Positions 39,201-50,523 of a stretch of 64,000 nucleotides of DNA are shown here, in pieces; within the stretch, counting starts at the first letter, position 1; every line of letters starts with the position of its first letter. The translations under genes and the position numbers were made by a program. This DNA comes from Camelus ferus (Eukaryota). The stretch covers positions 112,656,001-112,720,000 of the forward strand of contig NC_045696.1 of NCBI RefSeq assembly GCF_009834535.1, written 5' to 3'. The notes under the pieces are model-generated. The model was not told the origin of the DNA. It saw only the letters and a list, made by a program, of their open reading frames with translations, and ran no database searches.

Positions 39201-39460
39201 TGTATTGACCCAAAATAAACATATGTTGATTAGGGTCTGCAACTATAGTGAGCCAACTGCAAGTTCTGAGGGCAAGGGAAGGAGAAAGCTTTTATAGAGA
39301 GGAAAAGGAAGCTGGAGGGGCTGTAGTAAACAAAGCCGTGGTGCTTCATTGGCTGAGTCCTTGCCAGGAAAAGAGGAGTCTTTCCTCTTCCTGCTGGGCT
39401 CTGCTCTTGTCACAAGGCATGAGAACGCCCTCTTCTGGTCTCCCAGCTCTCTGTCTATAT
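39200..39460 (-). mobile_element. Probable ERV solo LTR fragment
   Basis: Antisense TATA ('cttttatag') and CCAAT ('cattggctgag') in LTR U3-like order; family not identified. Confidence 0.5.
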
Positions 39461-39579
39461 ATGTGTTCTTGATTTATATATACCCTGTTTGTTATATATT
39501 TTTTAAGAATGTAAAATATATAAGATGTATTTTCATTTCTAACATACGTATGTGTATTACTGTATGCCCATCTTACTCA

Positions 39580-39720
39580 ATGATTTTCAACCCTGAAATC
39601 ACCTGGAGAGTATTTACATGGTAACAGTCCCCACCCAAGGCTAATTAATTCAAGTACAGGGCATCAGGAATCTTTAAAAGGTGCTCAGGTGAGTAGCCAA
39701 GGTGAGAACAACTGAGCTGG
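39580..39720. mobile_element. MER5A-like hAT-Charlie MITE
   Basis: 'ttttcaaccctgaaatcacctggagag...gcatcaggaatctttaaaaggtgctcaggtga...ccaaggtgagaacaactg'. Confidence 0.7.
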
Positions 39721-40044
39721 TTCATTGCTTCTAATTGCTCCACAGCATCTCTCATGCTACAGATGATAGCTTGCTGTCATTCAGTCACTCATTCACTCAT
39801 TCCTTGGGGGTTAATGCCTCCCTTCCTGTTCACTGATATACGTTCAGTGTTCCAATAAGCATCCTCATACATGTCCTTTTGTGGGCCTGGAGAAGACGTT
39901 TCCTGGTTATATATGCAAGGTGGAATTACTGGGTTGTTGAACATCTCCGTCTGACTAAGTAACACCAGGTCCTCTCCAGGATGGGCGCACTAATTGATTC
40001 TTCCACAAGAGTGCACGATGAATCTATTTTCCTCACATCACAAC

Positions 40045-40440
40045 ATCCAGGATGGCCTCGTGGGCATACACCTCCTGTAACAGAGAAGGGCAGCACACTC
40101 GGTTTAATGCTCTCCTATCACCATCTTGAAGTACTCTATTTTTTTTGCACTTGTGTTGTGTAGGTGAAGTCAGATGGGACAATGAAGCATGCAGGTGAGC
40201 AGAAGAGAGACACCCAACAGTAGCAGAAGCATCATCAGTGGTCTGGCCACACAAGGGTGCATTCAGGCCCATGTCTATGGTGCACACACAGCTGTGTGCT
40301 TGGGGCGGTTTGGGGTGTTGCAGGGGCCCAAGGGTCAGCTGGGCCCAGACTGGTGATAGTAACAGCAGCAACAGAAGTGGCAGTGGTTGCGTTATGCCTT
40401 TAGTACAGACCCAGAAGAGAGAAGAGACACTGCATGGGAG
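40045..40440 (+). mobile_element. hAT-Tip100 DNA transposon fragment (MER115/Zaphod/MER91-like)
   Basis: 'ggtttaatgctctcctatcaccatcttgaa' and 'gtgaagtcagatgggacaatgaagcatgc' match the left end of this group. Confidence 0.65.
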
Positions 40441-40984
40441 GCCTTCCCTGTAGCCAGACAATCACTGATTTGTTTTCTGTCACTAGAGATTAGTTTATAT
40501 TTTCTAGAATTTTACACAAATGAGATCATTCAATATGTTCTCTCTTTTTTGTGACTTTTTCACTCTGCATAATTATTTTGTGGTTCATCCATATTGTTAT
40601 GTTTCAGTAGTGTATTCTTTTTCAATTGCTGAGTAATATTCCATCATAGAAATAAACTATAATTTGCTTATCTATTTGCTTCCTGGTAGACATTTGAGTT
40701 GCTTCCAGTTTTTGGCTCATATAAATAAAACTGCTATGAACATTCATGCAGTAGTCTTTGTATGCAAATATGTTGTCATTTCTCTTGGGTAAATAATTGG
40801 GAGTGGAATGCCTGGGTCAAATAGTGTAACTTTTTAAGAAACTGTCAAAGTATTTTCCAGAATGGTTGTGCCCTTTTGCACCCCCACCAGAATTCCAGGT
40901 GTTCCACATCCTTGTTGCACTAAGGATGGCACCCAGATTCTAATGGGTGTTGAGTAGTATCACATTACAAGTTTAAATCTTATT

Positions 40985-41624
40985 TCTTTTTTAATTGAGG
41001 TATAGTTGATTTACAGTGTTGTGTTAGTTTCTGATGTACAGCGTAGTCATTCAGTTGAAATGTTGCAGAAAAATGTGTTACAGCTCAGTTGTGACAGCAA
41101 CCTGGATCCCCACAGCACTCAGAGAGTTGGAGAACTCAGGTTTATTATGCCAGTGGGCCCAGCGGAGTTAACACTCTGAGCTCTGTACTCCATGGGTAGG
41201 TTTACACCAGCTTTTATAGACTGCCAGTTTACACTTTGCAACATCACATGTAAATGAGGTATAAGGAAAGTTAACTAATTAAGAACAAGCTTTGTAGAAA
41301 TGGACCAATCAGGAGTGAGAGAAATAACCAATCAGGAGTGAGCTCCATGCAAAGTACTACAAGTGGACCAATCAGAAGTTAGGGAAATGAACCAATCAGG
41401 AGTGAGCTCAGGGAACCAATAGAATTTTAGGTGTAAGTAAGCTGTTTCAAAGGCAAAAAGTGAGATACAGCCTCTGGGCCAGGGAACCGGATGGTGCCGG
41501 CAGGAGAGTAGTGGCCCTGCTTGGGGGTCCTGCCAGTATTTTTATGGGGCTTCCCGCCTCACTACATATATACATATATTCTTTTTCATTATAGGTTACT
41601 ACAAGCTATTGAATATAGTTCCCC
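40985..41624 (-). mobile_element. Short cetartiodactyl-type L1 3' tail split by an LTR
   Basis: 'ttaattgaggtatagttgatttacagtgttgtgttagtttctgatgtacag...tcagt' resumes at about 41562 with 'tacatatatacatatattctttttcattataggttactacaag'. Confidence 0.85.
41056..41561 (-). mobile_element. Lineage-specific ERV solo LTR with five CCAAT boxes
   Basis: TG...CA ends; minus-strand TATAAAA (41212-41218) and AATAAA (41141-41146); CCAAT at 41305, 41328, 41368, 41392 and 41416. Confidence 0.85.
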
Positions 41625-41861
41625 AAATTCTCATTTCTGTAGTGACTGATGAGTTTGGGCATCTTTTCATTTGCTGTTTGCTATTTGTATATCCTCTTTG
41701 GTGAGGTGTCTGTCCAAGCCTTTTGCCTCTTCTTTACTGGATTGTTTGTTTTCTTGTGGTAGAATTCTAAGAATCCTTTATATATGTTTTGGATACAAGT
41801 CCTTTATCTGATATTTGATTTGAACTGTTTTCTCCTCGTTTGTGGCTTGTCTTTTCATTGG

Positions 41862-43690
41862 GCTTTACTCTGGATGAGATGCAATGCCGTTTGAGGGTTT
41901 CAGTAGAGGGATGACTGATCTAACTTCCATTTAGAAAATCACTTCAGCTGCTGTGTTCAGAAGAGACGAGGGAGAAGGAAAAGGCTTAAGCAATGAGTCC
42001 ACTTATAAAGCTCTGAGGCAGTTCCAATAATTCAGGTAAGAATGATGGCTTCCTGGACTGAACTGGCAGTATTAGAGGTGGAGAAAGGTGGGAGCCTAGG
42101 TATCTATAAATTGTGTAATTTGTACCAGCAGCATTCCAAGTGGTAAGGGGAAGCCATCTGCTCCAGGTACAGGCAATAAGGTAGGGAACTGTCTGTAGAA
42201 AATTTTTAAATGATTTTGAAATTGACTAAAAGTTGGTCTGCTTTCTGTTGTGGCTGTGAGCCTGCAATTATAAACCATGCCAGTGATAAGATACTCCTCC
42301 GGAAAGAAGACATTCTATTGTTCTAAATTCTAACCAATTACCGTAGATCCTGTGGAGTTTTAATAATAGGCACATGAGCTTCATTTGAGTGTATTTTTTT
42401 TTCTTATCCTTTAATAAACACTATGTGCCAGATAGAAGTTATTTGAGAGAACCCTCACACAGTCGACCTTCGACACACACAGATGAACTCAGATGCCTAG
42501 ACTGGTTTTGAGAAAGCATTTGTACAGTGTTTGGGAGTCACCTCTGGTCACTCAGGCTCAGTTCCTGGCTCCAACTCAGAAGGGGCTGTGTGGGGAAACG
42601 CGTGGTGGGGGGAGTGGTGAATGCGTGGAGGTGCGGGAGGGGGCATTCAGATGATCCCTGCAGTTCAACTGCAGATTGAAAATAAACAATAGCTCAGTGA
42701 TTGTGAAAATGAAGAAACAGAACGTGAATGACTTCAATTCAGTCATTCAGTATGGCCACTTAAGTTTTTGTGTTTAAAATGTCTGCATTTTATTGTGAGA
42801 TGAGATTTTATCTTTAAGAATTTTGTGACCATTTCTGCATTTATTAATTCATGTAATTTACATTTATAAAGTATTCTTTGATCAACTATGAAGGGAGATC
42901 GACATATCTGAATATCTGAAGAAAATTAATTTTGTTGAAGTCATTGACAATTTTGCAGAAGTTGAAACTCAAAAAATTCCTTCATGCAAAAAACAAATAT
43001 AAAGGCATAAGTTCTTTGCATTTTTTTCTATAAAAATAGTAAATCAAGTAGTAGTAATGCATTACTTTTTGTATTGTAATTTTTTTTAATTCTTTATTTT
43101 TTGACATAATATTTACTTTTTCTGGAATAATTTTACACATAAAGTTTAATGAAATAATCACTGTGTTTCTTTTCTGGCCATGATTATTTTTTTAAATTTA
43201 TGATTATTATTACCTTTTTACTTCATGGCCATTACTGAAAACAATTTTGTTACATAGATGAAGGGAAGTTAAAAAAGAAAAAAAATCCACTTTGGTGTTA
43301 AACCCCAGCATGCCATTGATAATTTGAAGTTAGGGCCTACAGCATTGCACAGTACATGGAAGGTAAAGGGGTTTCCATTTGTTTCTTTTATGTTTTATTT
43401 TGTTGTCCTTTTTGCCTGAACAGTTGGAAGGGTGGTGTTGTCATTTACTGGCAGTGGGGAAAAGGAGATGTTTGGTCTGGGGACATGCCATGTTTACAAA
43501 TGTCTATTAGAAAAATCAGTGTAGATATTAAATCGGCTGCAGGTATACAGATCCGGGGTTTAGGAGAGACCCCCCCTCACCTGCACAGCATCAGCACATA
43601 TTTAAAGAAAACCGGAAGTAGATGAAGTCACGCAGGGATGGAGAACACACAAGGAGGAGGTGGTTTGAAGGTGCCAGCATTTAGAGAATG
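41862..43690 (-). mobile_element. L2 fragment interrupted by a MER97-like element
   Basis: 'ctttactctggatgagatgcaatgccgtttgagggtttc', 'aaaatcacttcagctgctgtg'; resumes after 43320 with 'ttttgcctgaacagttggaagggtggtgttgtcatttactg'. Confidence 0.8.
42126..43318 (+). mobile_element. MER97-like hAT-Tip100 DNA transposon
   Basis: 'ccaggtacaggcaataag...ctgtctgtaga', 'gactaaaagttggtctgcttt', 'cagtgataagatactcctcc', 'aaattaattttgttgaagtcattgacaattttgcagaagtt'; decayed TIRs cagcagcattcc / gcatgccattg. Confidence 0.8.
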
Positions 43691-43896
43691 ACCCCTTGTG
43701 GCCCAGCACAAGACCACATTTTTACAAATACTCAGTGTGTGCTCATTAAAGAATGCACATTCTCTTTTTATTCTGCATATTTTTGTTGGTTAGTGTCTGT
43801 TGATCTGATCTATCAGTTCCTTCAGTGTTTTAATATTCTCAGAATAAATTTTTTACCTCTTTGCGTGTCTGTTATCCTGTTATTTGTTGCTTTCTC

Positions 43897-44950
43897 CAAT
43901 AGACTTTATGTTTTAGAAACAGCTTTAGATTTACAGAAAACTTAATAAGACAGTACAGAGAGCTCCCATATACTCTTGCACATGGGTTCCCCTGTAATTA
44001 ACATCTTAACATCAGTATGGTATATTTGTTATAATTAATGAACCAATACAATATTGCTACATTATCATTAACCAAATAGTGTATTCAGCTTCCCTTAGTT
44101 TTTACTTAATGTTTTGTTCTGTTTTTCCTGTTTCAGGATCCCATCCAGGACACCACATTACATTTATTCTCAAGTCTCCTTAGCCTCCTCTGGGCTGTAA
44201 CTGTTTCTCAGATTTACCTTATTTTTTTATGACTTTGACGGTTTTGAGATGTAACTGGCCAGGTGCCATTTGTAGGGCGTTCCTCTCTTGGAACTTGCCT
44301 CATTAGTCAGGGGTTGGTTATGGGTGTTTTGGAGTAAAGTGACATTTTCATCACATCATGTCAACATGATTCATGACTATTGATAGTGACCTTGATCACC
44401 TTGCTGAAGCGGTGTTTGTTGGGTTTCTCCACCCTAGAGTTATTCTTCCTCCTCTCTTTCCATACGGTGCTCTTTGGAAGAAAGTTACTATGTGCATCTC
44501 ACACTTAAGGAGTGGGGAGTTATATTCCATCTCCTTTGAGACAGAATTTCTACAGAAATTAATTGGAATTGTTCTCCATGGAAGAGGTATTCCTTCTCCT
44601 CCTTTTATTAACTTAGTCATTCATTTGTTTATATCAGTATTGACTCATGGATATTTATTTCATACGTTGGATAATAATCCAGTATTGCTCCATTTGCTTT
44701 TGCTGTTTGAGTTGTTCCCTCTTTGGCCATTGGAGGCTCTTTTCACATCAACATGGGTGGCTTTTTGTTTCTTCATTTGGGGTATTTTTTTTTTTAGCAC
44801 TTTCTGGTACTGCAAGATGCTCTAAGCTCATCTTGTGTATTTCCTGCCCCAGTCCTAGAATAAGTCATTCCCGCAAGGGCCCTAGTTGCTCTCATTGGGA
44901 ATAACGTTAAAAATCAAGATCTGGGTGTTAGGTGTGGTTATTACTGAAGT
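43897..44950 (-). mobile_element. L1MD-like 3'UTR
   Basis: 'aatagactttatgttttagaaacagctttagatttacagaaaa', 'caggatcccatccaggacaccacattacattta', 'aaaatcaagatctgggtgttaggtgtg'. Confidence 0.9.
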
Positions 44951-45019
44951 GTTATTATTTGTTGCTTTTTGTATTTCAAAGCCACAGTATGTACTTTCAT
45001 TATGATTCTTGTAACTTTA

Positions 45020-46305
45020 TTCGCATTTTATTTCAGTTAGAAGAGTTAAGGTGAGTTCTACCCTCCTAACAGATTTTTAAGTGTATAATACAATATTTTA
45101 CAATATAGGTACAACGTTGTACAGAAGATCTCTAGAACTGACTCATCTTACATCACTGAAACCTTATACCCACTGATTAGAAACTCCCTGATTCCCCCTC
45201 CTCAGGCCGACCACTGTTCTGGTCTCTGCTTCTATTAGTCTGACTATTACAGATAGCTCCTTTGAGGGGAGTGACACAGTTTGTCTGTGACTGCCTTCCT
45301 TCCCTTAGCATAGTGTCCTCAAAGCTCATGTATGTTGCAGAACTTCTTTCTTTTTTAAGGCTGAATTATATGCCATTGTATCACATTTTCTTTATCCATT
45401 CATCTGTCCTTGGACATTTAGGTTGTTTCCACATCTTGGCTATGATGAACAGTGCTGCAAAGAACTTGGGAGTGCAAGTATCTCTTCAAGATCGTAATTT
45501 CAATTCTTTTGGATAAATACCCAGGAGTGGAATTGCTGAATCATATGGCACTTCTATTTTTAAATTTTTGAGGGACTTCTATACTGTTATCCATACCAGC
45601 TGTATCATTTGACATTCCCACCAAGAGAGTACGCTGTTGCCTTTTCTTCACATCCTCAGAAACACTTGCCTTTTTTTTTTTTTTTTTTTTTGGATAATAG
45701 CCAAAAAGAGGTGTAGGGTGATATTTCATCATGGTTGTGATTTGCATTTCCCTGATTATTAGTGGCATTGAATATCTTTTTCATTAACCTGTTGGCCATT
45801 TGTATATCTTCTTTAGGGAAATGTATATACAAGTTCTTTGCCCATTTGAAAACTCAGGTTGTTAGTTTTTTTTTTTTTTTTTTTTGAGTTGTAGGAGTTC
45901 CTATATATTTTGGAAATTAGCCCCCTTTCAGATATGACTTGCCAATATTTTCTCCCATTCTGCAGGTTCCCCTTTCACTCTGTTGATTGCTGTCTTTGCT
46001 GAGTAGCAGTTTTTTTGTCTGTTGGAGTCCCACTTGTCTTTTTTTTTTTTTTTTTTTTTTTACTTTTGTTGCCTGTGCTTCTGATGTTATAGCCCTTAAC
46101 TTATTGCCAAGACCAATATCATGAAGTTTTCCCCGTGTTTTCTTCTAGGAGTTTTAGCTCGGGTCTTTATTTTAAGTCTTAAACCATTTTGAGTTGATTC
46201 TGTGTATGGTTCAAGATAAGTGTCCAGTTTCATTCTTTTGCTTGTGGATATCTGGTTTTCCCAGCACTATTTGTTGAAGAGACTGTCCTTTCCCCATTCT
46301 GATTA
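45020..46305 (-). mobile_element. L1MA9/10-like 3'UTR and ORF2 3' part
   Basis: 'ttgtacagaagatctctagaact'; ORF 45541..45768 (LIIREMQITTMMKYHPTP); 'cccagcactatttgttgaagagactgtcctttcccc'. Confidence 0.9.
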
Positions 46306-46917
46306 TTGACAACAGTTGTAACTTCTTGATCTGTGATTTTTTCTCTTAATATCCCTCTTCCACTTACATGATTTTAATATTAAATTCTATATTTTCTAAT
46401 ATTAAAATTACTACGCCAGGTTACTTTAGATTTATACTTGTCCATCTACATTCTCTATCACTTTGTTTTTAAACCTTCTTAATATTATTGTTTAAATATG
46501 CCTCTTATGGGCAGCATATTGGTGATTTTTTTAATGTAGTCAGAATATTTCTCTCTAAATGGTGGGTTGAACTTTTATATTCATAATATTCATAATAATT
46601 TGTAATTGTGGGGCTTTTTTGACAGTCTATTTAATTTTTCTATTTACCATGCATTCTTGTTTCTTCATCTTCTTTTTTAAAATTTTCTATATAAATTGAT
46701 TGAACTTCTATCTGTTGGTTTAAAAGTTGTCATTCTGCTTTTAGTTCTCACCTATTTACCCTTAACTATTAAGATACACACTTACATTTTATTCTTCCCT
46801 ATCAATTTTTAATCCTATCAGATTCTAATATTCTTTTCTAAACCAAGTACATTCATTTGTGCCAACTCCCTCTGGTCTCTCATACCCATGACGCTCTCTG
46901 TTCGTCCCAACCTCACC

Positions 46918-47118
46918 ATGGAACTGCCCTGTCTACTATGGTAGCCCTTAACCACATGTGGTTATTTAACTTTAAATTTAAGTTAATCAAAATGAAATAT
47001 ATAAAATAATCAGTTTTCCAGTCACACTGATCACTTTGCAAGGGTCCAGTAGCTGCAAATGGCACCCATAGGGAACACTTCAATCATCTCAAAGATTTCT
47101 ATGGGACAGTGTGGTCTA
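46918..47118. mobile_element. MER3-like hAT-Charlie MITE
   Basis: 'ctgtctactatggtagcccttaaccacatgtggttattta...ccagtcacact...tttctatgggacagtg'. Confidence 0.85.
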
Positions 47119-47494
47119 GATTTTTATTCCACATTGTTTTGAATATATTTTTGCTTGGTTTCTTACTCTTCAGAAAATAGTAAATTTTACTAATTATTTT
47201 CTTATCCTTACTTTGCATATATTGTATAGCAGCTGCCTGGGAAATCTTCCTCCAGCGGAGGTCTTTGGGTGGAGACCGTTATGAGACATTTTACAAACGA
47301 GCATGTTTCTGTTTTGACTTTGCATTTAAATGATAAATCATCTGGTCATAAACTCCAAGATAAAATATTCCTCCTTTGTCATTCTGGTCCTTTTATTCTT
47401 CTTTTTTTTTTTTTCATCTAGTCGTTGCCACAAAGATCTTGGTACTAGTCTGAAACATGTTCCTTATGGCTGTTGTGCACATGTCCTTGGCCTC

Positions 47495-47539
47495 ACTCGC
47501 CCTCTCTCTCGCCCTCTCTCTCTTGCTCTCGCTCTTGCG

Positions 47540-47588
<49 letters not shown>
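47495..47588 (+). repeat. Compound (CT)n microsatellite with CG interruptions
   Basis: About 22 perfect CT units at 47544-47588, preceded by 'gcgcgcg' and degenerate CT units. Confidence 0.95.
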
Positions 47589-47591
<3 letters not shown>

Positions 47592-48324
47592 TATGTTGTA
47601 ACATTATATCAGGGCTCATCATTTTGTTTGCTTGTTTTTCAGTTGTTCCTGTGAGTTCTGTTAACATCTGCCCAATATCTTTCTTCACCTTTTGGAAATT
47701 TTCAATAATTGTTTTTCATGTATTTCTCCCTCTTTATTTTTTCTCTGTTTTGGGGATTTCTGTTATACTTAATTTGGCATTTTATTGTTCTCTTTTTTCA
47801 CTTTGCTCTGACTGACTTTTTGGCCTGATCTTTCAGTTCAGTGATGCTTTCTTTGTACTGTTACTATTTACCTCATCTACTGGGGTCAATTATTTCATGC
47901 CTTCTGTTGCTTCTTCTCTGCTGGCTAATTTCTATTTTATATTTCCAATATCCTCTCATATTTTTGAGGTTAATTGTTATATTTGTTTTAAGCTCTTGCT
48001 TTGTCTGTTTCCTGTTTTATCTTTTATCAAATGTCTCAATCACTCTTGTGAGCTCCAATTCCATTTAGTATTTACTAATTTGACTGGAAATGCATACCTG
48101 TGGGGCAACTGAAGTCCAGGCTTTGAGTTTCAGCTTTGAGGGTCTGGTCCTGACCATCTTTGTTGAGAACATTAGGAGAACGTTTCTTGGGTCTGGGAGG
48201 AACTTTTTGGTGGAGGGTGGGAAGGCAGATACATTTTCTGTCTGGGATATATTAAACCCACTCCTCCTACTGATAGATTTTCTATGCAATAATTGCCTTG
48301 ATACTTTTTATAAATATTTCATGG

Positions 48325-48820
48325 TGTGTCAGTTTTCTTTTGTTGCCTTACAAACCACCACAACACATAGTGGGTTAAAACATTTATTATTAACTATTAC
48401 AAGTCTATGTGTTGAATTGTTGCAACCAGGAAGCTCTTGTGAATTTGCAGTTGGATGCAGGCTGATCAGGAGCATAAGGCTGAACTAGACTGGACTTCCG
48501 TACGGTTCCCTCCCATGGCTGGCAATTGATGTTGGCTGTTGGTTGAGGTTATCAACCAGGAGCTGACATGTGACTTATCTGTGAGGCTTGGATTTCTCAT
48601 AGAATAACGAGTAGGTTCTGAGAGGCAGTATCTCTAGGATCAACTTCCCAAGGGACCCAGAGGAAGCTAACAGACTTACTATGACATAGCATGGGAAGTC
48701 CCAGAAAGTCACTCCTATTGCACTTCATCTGGTCCAGCCCAGATTCAAGGGGAAGAGCAGCATGCACAGACAGAGAAGGAAGGAACTGGTGGTGGCCACC
48801 ATGGGAAACTAAATTCCACA
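48325..48820 (-). mobile_element. MaLR solo LTR (MLT1G/H-like)
   Basis: 'tgtgtcagttttcttttgttgccttacaaaccacc', 'atggctggcaattgatgttggctgttgg', 'ccagcccagattcaagggga'. Confidence 0.8.
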
Positions 48821-49044
48821 TGCACTTTCCTTTGGAATTGTATCCCTGTTCTCTGGCAACGTGGAATAATTCTCTCTGTGACCTCCATCAAAGAAAACTA
48901 CTGACTGTTGTTTTTGCCTAGCAAAGAAAATGAGCTTCGCCTTCACCCATCAGTTTTACTTTGGGTTATTAAAAATAAAAATCACCATTACGTCAGGAGA
49001 GTATCTGTATGCATTTGTATCTTGGAGCAGTGCATTCTATATTA

Positions 49045-49147
49045 TGTGTGTGTATGTGTGTGTGTGTGTGTGTGTGTTTACTTACATGGTCCTTTCCTTC
49101 TCCCATGAAACACACCACACAGACAAACACACACACACACACACACT
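49045..49147. repeat. (TG)n and (CA)n microsatellites in inverted arrangement
   Basis: (TG) about 16 units at 49045-49076; CA-rich run at 49110-49147. Confidence 0.9.
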
Positions 49148-50311
49148 TTCTTTCTCTCTCTTTCCCTTTCTCTTCTCTCTTTCTCTCTTACTATGCAAAT
49201 GTTCTAGAATTGCTAGATATTTTACTCTTGGTCTTTTTCTCAGAATTGTCTAGCTATAAAGCTGCTTATGCTAACAAGCCATTCATCTTCATAAGTCAGT
49301 TACAATTTAAAGAAAGCACCTTCTTCTCAATCATAAGCATCCATCATCTGGAAGTGAGTGCCTCATTCAATTACACTGCATAGTGCCAAATAAAAATCAA
49401 ACGAACCCTAAAGTATGGTGAGCTTAAGAAAAAAGAAAAAAGTTCAAACCGTAAGAAATATTATAAGTAACTTTAAATTCTTTGTTTGAGAGTCAATACA
49501 ATTTGTTATCGTTTCAGTGAAGTAGAAACATCTGCCTCTGTTTTAAGACATAAAATTCTAATTGTTAATATATGTTTTTCTCTCCTAAATGTATTTACTT
49601 GCTCTTTGTTTTGTGATTTCCACTGGCGTAGGTGCTTCATTATATTTTAAATCGTAAGGTACCCAGAAGGTGCTATACTGTGTGCTCAGGGCATGTCCTC
49701 TTATATGAGAGGCTACACTGGTGGGAATACGAATTCTAATTGGAATATTCACACTGGAATAATAAATAAAGGGTATAACCAGTCTAGTCAAGAATTTCAG
49801 CAAAAGCCTATTTTGAAAAATAAATGATGTGAAGAGAATTCGCAAAGTATTAAGTACCAGTAACCAATGAACATAGGAAAAAATGTTCAGTCTCACAATT
49901 TATCCAAAAAAAAAATACAGATTAAAACAAAAACAGACTACATTTTCCTAGACAAATTGGCGTATTTTAATTAAATAACATTAAATGCTCAGTTTATACC
50001 AGAACAATTAGGCAAAAACTGAGGAACTAGGATTGTCTCCAAAAGTTAAAATATACATATGATAAAATTTCATATTTTGTCATTTGGAGATACTGTATTT
50101 AAATAGGAGAAAAAAAATAACAGCTACAGGATTGCCTGAAAGCAAAGGGCCAACAATCCAAAGTGAAGTTAGAAATTATCTCCCTCTGCTTTTTCCTAAC
50201 ATTTGCTAGTATTTTTCTCAACAATTGGGTCTTCTAGTTTGAGAAGAGCCCAGTAAATAAAAGTATTAGCGTTGTTTATTCAGTAAATAGGATAAGGTTT
50301 GAACAGCTACA

Positions 50312-50523
50312 GCTTAGAACAGCAGACTTTTCCTGGAAAGGACCAGAGAGTAAATGTTTTAGTCTTTGAGGGATATTCTATTTGCAACGACTCAAATGTT
50401 GCCATAGAATGAAAGCAGCGTAGACAATACATAAATGAATGGGTGTGCCTTGTTGCCAATAAAACTTTATTTACATAGTCAGCAGCCACATTTGGCCTGG
50501 GGGTTGCAGTTTTCTGACCCCTG
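50312..50523. mobile_element. MER58A-like hAT-Charlie MITE
   Basis: 'aaaggaccagagagtaaatgttttag', 'gaaagcagcgtagacaatacataaatgaatggg...ccaataaaactttatttaca', ends 'tgacccctg'. Confidence 0.9.

Larger units (their letters stand above)
40450..41860 (-). mobile_element. Old L1M 3' end/ORF2 hosting two nested younger insertions
   Basis: 'tttctagaattttacacaaatgagatcat', 'aaaactgctatgaacattcatg'; resumes after 41625 with 'tgactgatgagtttgggcatcttttcat'. Confidence 0.85.
46320..48310 (-). mobile_element. Very old L1ME/HAL1-like ORF1-region remnants
   Basis: T-rich antisense L1 texture: 'tgcctcttatgggcagcatattg', 'ttggaaattttcaataattgttttt', 'gatctttcagttcagtgatgctttcttt'. Confidence 0.55.

Noticed and set aside
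41295..41425. CRISPR-like short direct repeats
   Set aside because: Mammalian LTR U3 enhancer repeats; spacers are short and related, and there are no cas genes.
44373..44904. 150-aa and 85-aa hydrophobic ORFs
   Set aside because: Antisense reading of an L1MD-like 3'UTR; T-richness produces spurious hydrophobic peptides.
47330..47815. Longest ORF (161 aa), membrane-protein-like
   Set aside because: Runs through a (CT)n microsatellite and T-rich antisense L1 remnant.
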